64,000 nt of DNA, from assembly GCA_951406725.2 (NCBI GenBank), contig OX597818.1, forward strand, positions 101,618,001 through 101,682,000, given 5' to 3'. Source of the stretch: Octopus vulgaris. Its lineage: Eukaryota. Each line of letters starts with the position of its first letter. Position 1 is the stretch's first letter. Below the pieces are notes generated by a model that saw only the letters and a list, made by a program, of their open reading frames with translations, was not told the DNA's origin and did no database searches. A program made the translations under genes and the position numbers. Shown here piece by piece: positions 55,489-64,000 of this stretch.

Positions 55489-56521
55489 TCTTTATATATA
55501 TAAAACTGGGAATGTGTTTCTGTCTGTCTGCCTGTCTGTGTGTTTCCCTAAAACTTGAGAACTGCACAACCAATACCAATCAAATTTTACACATGCCTTA
55601 CTTAGAGTCCGGGGAGTGTCATCGGCAAAAAGAATGTTCAACTTCTTGCCTAGAGCGAACCCAGAGCAATATCATATCTTCTCCACTATTTCATTATTAC
55701 GTGTTAAAAGTGAAACAAAAACGTTTCTCTATTTTATGTCAGATACTTTCACTTTAACAATAAAAATAATAATAACAATTGAATTATTTGTAGTAAGTAA
55801 TAATTAAAATCAAACTAAAGTAACATGACAAAAGTAAAAATAGTAATTGGTATAAAATTGCATCAATGATTTTAACTTGAATAAGTGGTTTCACATGAAT
55901 GGAGGTAAATAAAAAATAAAATTAGCGTGCAGAAATGAAATAGTCCAGATGGATAATAAGAAATTAAATTAAAGAAAAGACTATTGTCTATAAGTATACA
56001 ATGCAGAGAAAAAAGAAGATTTGAACACATGGAGGAAAGCACCTTCGAAAAGTGTCTTGGTGCGACTATGAATGGTATCTTATCAGAGGTGGTAAATTCG
56101 CCACAATAGAAGCAAGGTTCGAGTCAACAGAGCGTACAAGGGAGTACTCGACTCGAACTTGCAAAGTGGAAATATTTTATTTCTACCTTTATATCTGGGA
56201 AAAAAATTAAAATGCTAGGGAAAATTAAAATGCTACCCCCCTAGAAGTAGAAGTAGGCTGGATTGTAGCCACACTTCTATACAAGTGGGGGGACAAGATA
56301 CAATTGATCGAAATTACAAGACACGGGCTAACAATTCCAGTCTGTTATATATTTTGAGTATTGTTATCGCTAGCGATATCAAGATATAACTTTGTATTTT
56401 GTATTTTATGTGTAGATGTATATATATAGATGTACATGTAATATGTACACATATATCTATATATACACATATATACATGCACTAGCACTATGACCCAGCC
56501 ACAACGGGTCTTTAATGCTAG
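55489..56521 (+). mobile_element. candidate non-autonomous Helitron
   Basis: 5' A|TCTTTATATATATAAAA followed by (GTCT)n. 3' hairpin GACCC..GGGTC (56492-56510) then CTAG|T at 56518-56522. Pairing of the two ends is inferred. Confidence 0.5.
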
Positions 56522-56559
56522 TATATATATATATATATAATATATGTATGTATATAGGA

Positions 56560-56745
56560 AGAGTTCAAGAAAAAAAACAAAATACGAAGACAAGTGGTGT
56601 AGAAAACAAACACGTATCGGTATAACGCTCAATAATTGAAAAAGTATTTTACTTTTCGAGCCTACGCTCTTATACAGAAAGGGACACAAACAAGAACAAG
56701 GAGAGAAACGAGAGAAAAATAGGTGTAGTGGCTACCGAGTTATCA
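56560..56745 (-). mobile_element. related short pLTR-like repeat with a degenerate hammerhead core
   Basis: Minus strand TTT-CTGTATA-A-GAGC-GTAG-GCTC-GAAAAGTA-AAA, flanked by (TA)n. Confidence 0.5.
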
Positions 56746-59700
56746 TATATATATAGATGTATGTATATATTGTATATGAAATATATAGATAGACGAACAA
56801 TTCTTTCTTTATATATATGTATATATATTTACGCATAATGAAAATATATGTTTATGTGCGTGTGTGTGTCTGTGTGTATGCACATTTATAGAAATTATAC
56901 GTCACTATATATAAACATTTTACATTTTCTATAAACATTTCGAAAAGCAAAAACTTAATATGTTGTCTCCAAGAAACATTTCGATGAGCATTTCGTTCAA
57001 AGAAACGCAAATATCGCATAGAATATCGGTGATGAATCATCAATCATAACTTTTGACATGATTTACTCATTTTTCAAGAGGAACACACTTCATAATCTGT
57101 GCTTAATCGATATATCTGAGGGAGGCCTATTGTTTTCTATCAAACGCCACAAATCTACTACCTACAACAGTTACTATATTTCAGGATAAAACATTCACCC
57201 TGAAATTTTTGCTGTTCTACAGATGTACACATTCACATACACCAAAAATGTAGTCACAAGGATGGGCATGCATAGTTCACAGCCAATATTTCTACTACGT
57301 GTAGTGTGTTCTGAATTTCAAAGATCTGATCTGTCTCCTATGCCGCCACATGTATTCTCCACCACGGTATATTTCGTGGCCAGTCATTTATCAGCAGGTC
57401 CTCACTCACACAACACCGACATTTTTATTTCTCCAAAACTTGTTATTTCAAAGAAAATATAACCCTTCTCATCAACCAGTTATCGTCAATTTTCGTAGAT
57501 TCACATGCAAACTTTAGTTCCATGAAGATGATGCCTGCAAAAACGCATATATTAACAATGTTAGACATGTTTAATCTTAAGTAAAATTTTATGAATACAT
57601 ATATGTGTTATACAATAATAGTTATTTATTAACAATCTGCTATATTCTTTTTCACGCCACTATATTTCACACAATTATACTACAAAGAAAATCTGATGCA
57701 AAATAATTACTTAAAATCTACAGTCGTACAATGTTTTACTGGATAGATGCATCATTAATTACCCCTTTTTTTCTCCTACCTACTTTCGTTTATATCACCC
57801 AGTTCAACGTCTACAAAAAGGAATTTGCCCTTAATCGATCATGTTGTTCTTCCCTAGATTAACCCGTAACTGCAATCAAATGTACGTAGTTTCTACCACA
57901 TTCAACGAAGTTGTAATCGATAAAAAGTTGTTCAGATGTTTTACGCATTGTCTCATCATAGAAAAGAACTTTTGGAGGCCAAAATATACATTGTAATATA
58001 TTTTGTACTCCCATTTTCTGTATTTCTGAATTCCCATAAACCATCACGCTGTAGCACTTCCTTCCTTGCAGTCCTGGTAGTAAGAAATAAATTTGATTTC
58101 TATGCAGTGAATATTTTTTCCACTTCCACAAGTTTTTCTCGTAACCTGGATAATATCATTTAGCTCCACGAGTCTTCTCTCATCCGCTAAAACATTATGC
58201 AATGTCTCTACTACCAAACATCTTTGTTACATACTGCAGAAATGTTTTCTCTTGAATTACATAGTGATCTACAAATCTAATTCATTTGACGGATGAACTA
58301 TTGTGTAAAAATCTCTGAGCTCCACATTTTGGTCAATTAGATAACACTTTACTACATATACAGCAACGTATGTACACGATACCGATTCTCTTCGTATGAA
58401 ATCGAATATCATTAACGAAATAATAACATTTAAAAATTAAACACATGAATTTGACATGGGATTTACACTCGATGATAACATATTCGAAACGCTAACACTG
58501 TTAATCATATTAGCTCTGCGTTTTGTGTAAAGAAACTATACGCTATCGCAACAAGGGGAAAGTCATTGATAATACATCCTCTCAATCATGCATCAATTGA
58601 ATGACGCAAACGGAAATGTTATCTCCGTCCTACGTGCATATTTATTGTTATCTCAATTCTATGATGTATATTTTGAAATAATTCCATCGTAAGGAAAATT
58701 CCAGTAGATACGACGCCCATTTTTCATGAGATTTATTACATCAAATTATATTCCTCATAAATACTTTGATTTCAGCGCTTGCCTCATAATACTCTAGATA
58801 GTGTCACTATATGTCTAAATGAATATCGTTTCGATCCAAGAACAAAACAACACTCTCCATTATTTTCTGGCATGATGAGCACATTCCTTTTCTTTGATTT
58901 TTGAGATGCTAAATCGCTTTTCTAAAAATTATCTGACCTTTACTGAAGTTTGTCGAATGTGTCGTGACTTTTCTGTTGATTACACATTCTCTTCATAACT
59001 GCATCCGTAAAACCATTTCTTTTAATTCCTGTTATTAATTGCCAACATTGCATCACGTGTGCAAAGATACCGGTTGCTCACACACGAATATTCCCAGAGA
59101 AATTGAATATTAATAGAACGTGGAATCAAGGAGTTTATTTAGCTTTTCTAAGTGTAAAATCCTTTATACAATAGTCATATGCTTACCCCTCTGATGGTTT
59201 AAAGATGCACGAAAGTTACATACTGTACTGTTCAATGAAGCAAGAGAGGTGCGAGCATTTTCTTATGCACATCAATCACATAATGAACACTAAGTTTAAT
59301 CTTGTGTAAATTAATTCACTGGATAGCAACATCCATCTCTCCTATATGTTTTGTCTGAGGTAGATTGTCAGCCGTCATGTCGCATAACATATTTTCATTG
59401 TTTCTATAATCATATTTCGTCAATTAGGCATCGTCCATTACATGACAGAAGACTTGTATCGTCAAATCCAAAATATATTTAAATTCATTGAAAAAAAGAA
59501 GTTCTCGGAATACATACAACCAATTATAAAGCCTTATCATATATTGGGATTTTAATGAAATCTTCAGAACTTCATATCTGTAAATTACATACAGAGAGCG
59601 ATCCGATTATACTGCGGTTGTGATAACTTGGTCATACTTAATGTAACTTCAATGTGATGAATTGTAAGAGCGACATCATATCACTTGTATTTTGATGATG

Positions 59701-62700
59701 ATGATGGTGATGCTACACGCATAGGTGTCCTGCATCGAAATTGTATATATGATCAGATCCTTGAAATATTAATCTTCAGCTATGATCAAGCCAAGTTAAT
59801 TCCATCACATGTATTATTCCATATTATATCACTTATTTTTCTTAGGCTTTCAAATCGTAGAAATGGTTGCATTCATAGCAACACGTAGAGGGTTTTTTTA
59901 CATTTATAAAGACAAAAATATAATAAAGACTGTAATATACCAGATTTGCGGCATTATGTGTCATGTCGTTCTCACCATATGCAATGGAGATCTTTCACCT
60001 GTCCGCTTTTCCTTTTTCGCAGATGCACTCTCTCTAGGAACGCATACATCATCTTTGTGTCTACGATCAACCCACTCACTATGTCCATACATAATATCTA
60101 AGATACAAAAACACATCTCTTGTTGCATTACATAAATATCATGGCGTTTAATAATTGTGGACAAAACTGGTCTGTTTTTAGCCACCCGTTTTGTTAATAT
60201 CAATCTAATCGTCTCCATGTCACTGATGAGGTACAATTAATGGAGATAATACAACCTTGTATTTACGTCCTCCTTATATATACAAGGCAAGCATATTACA
60301 TACTCATGATGCACATAAATACAGACACAGAAAACGTGCAAACGACACATGCATTGGTTTTCACACATACAACGTTATGCACACAATCAGACCAGAAACT
60401 GTCGTGTATGTAATTTCACATAATATTTCACGAAATCCACATAGATATTAAGACTATTGCACCTCCAGAGCACTCTTTTAATACCAATTGAATAACGGAG
60501 TGCTAACAAAATATCTCAACCTATTCTGAAGTATTTGAATGAATATCTAGAACTTGTACAAAGAGAGAACATTCACTTCCGTATATATGAAAGGAATGCT
60601 TACACCTTATAAGTATTTCTTCTTTGTAGACATTTATGCCTATACCAGAGAAGGAAGAGAATTTGGTTTTTAAGTGTTTAGTTCCATGAGGTTTCGGGGG
60701 ATATGAACTTGAAAGTCTTTACGAGAACGGCGAAATCGACATCATTAATGATATCCGACAAATGTCAGAAACTGAAAGGAAAAACTTAAGGGAGATGCTG
60801 TATTATTCAGAGAGTATTAGGTGCAAATATGAATACAAAATAAGTCACTAAAATAAATCACATATACCCTGATATAGGTAGGAAACGAATAAGCTAAAAA
60901 TAAGTTTTTGTTATCAAATTTGCGTATATGCTAAAAGACATCTTGTACTATATCTAATTTACACATTTGAAGTAAAATGAGAAACGTAATTGTAGGAAAT
61001 ACTTCTGCAGTTAAAATTAATGAACTCCAATGAATATTAAGAGAGGTTATTTCAACAGCAACTAAACTTTCATGATTTATATGACAACGAATCATCCTAC
61101 ATTTTTGTCATAGATAAATGACGAGAAATGAAGAAACTAACTGAATTCATTTGGAAAGGACTAATACTACAAATATTATAGTTGAAGTTTCGATTAGTAA
61201 AGTGACTGCGGACGAACGTTTCGTTGTGTGCAGCCTTAACATTGAAATAAATGAACGCTTTATCGTTCATATTCATTGAGGAATTCTTAAGATATATAAT
61301 GATCAATATAGTTAATACTCAAATCAATATAAAACCCAGTATAAGGTGATGCAATACATATTAGGCTGCCATAAGCTTGCATTCGCAGTTATTGTCAGAA
61401 CAATTGCGAATGCATCTCATACGAAGCGCACATTTATTGCATCAAGGTTACAAAAGTTTCTGTATAAATATTACGGCGTGATGATTTATACATTAACAAT
61501 GGGATCTGTTTTCATTTTGGTTTATATGAAATTACGAGTTTCGTTAAAATATGAGTTGCTTAGTGCTGACGGAAATCAAACTTTTCATATAGGTTTTGTC
61601 TTATATCATATTATGATGTAAAGTCATCGTTTCTTGTAATTTCAGATAAATGTCCTTATAAGTAAGTATTGTTAGTAATAGCTATGTGAAATATGACATT
61701 TCTTACTGATTCTATACAACATAAAGCGTTCTGATCGTTCAGAATTCTATCAGAAGTATATCTTTACTTAATAATCACCTCACCAAAGTTCGCAGTCCTT
61801 AGCTGGGCAACATTTGTATCCTCTTCTCAACAGAGAAGCTGAAATTGAGGAGAAACACCTTTTCAGTTTGTGGGTGTAATGGATACCTTGATTGTAGGAT
61901 TGACAAAAATGGAAGAGAAAATAACGACGAAAAGTGGATGAAGATAGTGGCAGTGGATGTTGCACTATATTGAGCAATTCCCAAACATGTATGTTATCAA
62001 GAGCTGACATAATTCTATCGTAGCGTGTCAGTGGTGAAGATCCTATTGGCGACCCTCAAGTTAATGAACCAAAAGACCAACAATACCGTAAAGTTCAGAA
62101 ATGAAAGAATAAAAATATGTTACATATTCATGGGATACAAATACCAAATTTTAAATATATTTCGGGCATCCAAAACGTAAAAGTACTGAATACTTTATTT
62201 ACAATCATGCATGAACAAGGTATCTTTCTACGTATTACTCAACAAGTCAGTATGTATAATATCATTTTCATTATGTACCAGGAATGTTCTTCAATTCACC
62301 CAAGTAATGAAAAGGGAACCTAGAAATAATTAGGATGTTTCAATGTTTTTCTGTCTCAAATTTAATGTTCTTTCCGACTTGAATGTACTTATGTGCCCGC
62401 TACAACAGAGGAGGGATATTAAAAAAGCATATATCATAGCCACACCAAAATAATGTTATTTTATATATTATTTAAGCATAAATTCTGCTTTCCACTTCAC
62501 CATTACTATATTCTCTTCATAGATTCCTGTTTATATTGGTGTGCTATACGTTCAAATCTGCTTTTCAAAACGGTTATCAAAATGTTTACCCACCAAATGC
62601 AGAGTTGCCTAAATTTTTTCAGTCAAACCTTCAACAACAATTGCCTTAGTAGTCAGGTATTGTATCACTTTAATTAGAAAAAAAAACGTATAAGTATTTA

Positions 62701-63709
62701 AACCTAATTATTACCAGAAAGTAATCATTTTGTTCAGAGTATCATCCTTTCAGTTTTGAGACTACGATAAAATATTATTTCAAAACGCTTTCTATATTGA
62801 AATAATTGTTCGAATGTTAAGTCATATCTGTATTTTATAATGGTTTACTTAAATTAATGCCTTGGGATACAATGATTGATTCGTTTAATAATATTATAAA
62901 ATCAGTTTTATTTGCGATGAATTTCGTATTATTCCACTGTGGTTGAATTCCTATTATTTGTCAACAGTAATATTCCCTCAACAAGATCATAAATATAATT
63001 GTACAACGTGCGGTGTTGAAAGAGAGATTTTTTTTCCTTTAGAATTATTAATGGATTATATAATTCAGTTGGGCAATCTGTTTTCAAAGCAATTGCACAT
63101 TCATTTAAATTGTTGTACAATAACATATAAGATTTAAAGTTAATCTACGCAGAAACTGAGATCATTAAATAAATATTATTCTTTGAGAAAATATAATCTT
63201 CATGGTTTATAGTTCATATTTATGAATAAGTATTCTTCTGAGTAAAATGCACCAGCAATTCTATCTCCAAAATATTAACCGAAAAACCATAAAATATGCG
63301 TGAGAATTCAATACAGTTCATTATATAAATTTACTCCGTCAATAATGTAAAGTTATATTTTCATTATGCATTTATGAATATATTAAAACATTCGTTCCGA
63401 TGCGAATATGAATTGCATGAAATTCTGAGTGTTATGTATTTGAACTGTTGTTTGTGACCATGAAACTTTTAATAAAATAAATATGATATCATACTAAAAG
63501 TCATTAGTTGCGGCGACATATTTTCTCCAATATAATGTGTGCTCCAGTGTGTATAGTATTAGTTTTCGAGATTGTGACATACCTTATATGTGTGATTAAG
63601 ATAATTAGCAGTCTAAAACCTGGTCTGTGATAATTCCCATAATAAATAAAACATTCATAGCACTAAATAAATAATTATCCAAAATTCTGAGGCCCTCCTT
63701 TTACTTAAG

Positions 63710-63799
<90 letters not shown>

Positions 63800-64000
63800 A
63801 TGAGTGTGAAACGTTACTCAAACTGATCTCCCTCGATCTGGACGAACAAGTTCTCTCCATAGTGGGCCACCGAAAATTCTGTTCGAGGAAATTGAAAATT
63901 AACAAAGCGGTTCAATTCAAATTCCGACCAGAAAATACCTTCGTTAACTAGGAAATATGTAAGAACTTGGTTAACGAAGCCCTCGACATCATATTTCAAA
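63800..64000 (+). mobile_element. possible Tc1/mariner transposase N-terminal relic, cut by the window edge
   Basis: TDLPRSGRTS resembles the DxPRSGRP linker. Nothing else is supportive. Confidence 0.3.

Noticed and set aside
57070-62100. Host exons or transposase relics among the short ORFs, for example 59961-60236 and 61780-62010
   Set aside because: No motif or consistent splice pattern could be recognised. Left unassigned.

Overview
AT-rich, microsatellite-saturated animal genomic DNA with no intact host gene. The repeat content resembles an Octopus/cephalopod genome (inference from remembered repeat families). Almost every ORF in the track is a microsatellite translation. Recognisable coding remnants are all transposon-derived: a near-complete but disrupted R4/Dong-like RLE non-LTR retrotransposon (18791-21861, -) and a second 3' fragment (5297-6420, -), both ending in (TAA)n; two Penelope-like GIY-YIG remnants; two CR1-like LINE fragments; several Tc1/mariner relics; a candidate non-autonomous Helitron; and many tRNA-derived SINEs. 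The most striking feature is a complete type I hammerhead ribozyme present twice, once on each strand, in a 267-bp-arm near-perfect inverted repeat inserted in (TA)n (35811-36601). Several degenerate hammerhead cores occur elsewhere; one appears to be the 3' half of a tRNA-headed SINE split by the Dong-like insertion. A weak signal suggests a decayed fibronectin type III receptor pseudogene at about 3.9-8.7 kb. All alignments and folds were done by eye and boundaries of degenerate elements are approximate.
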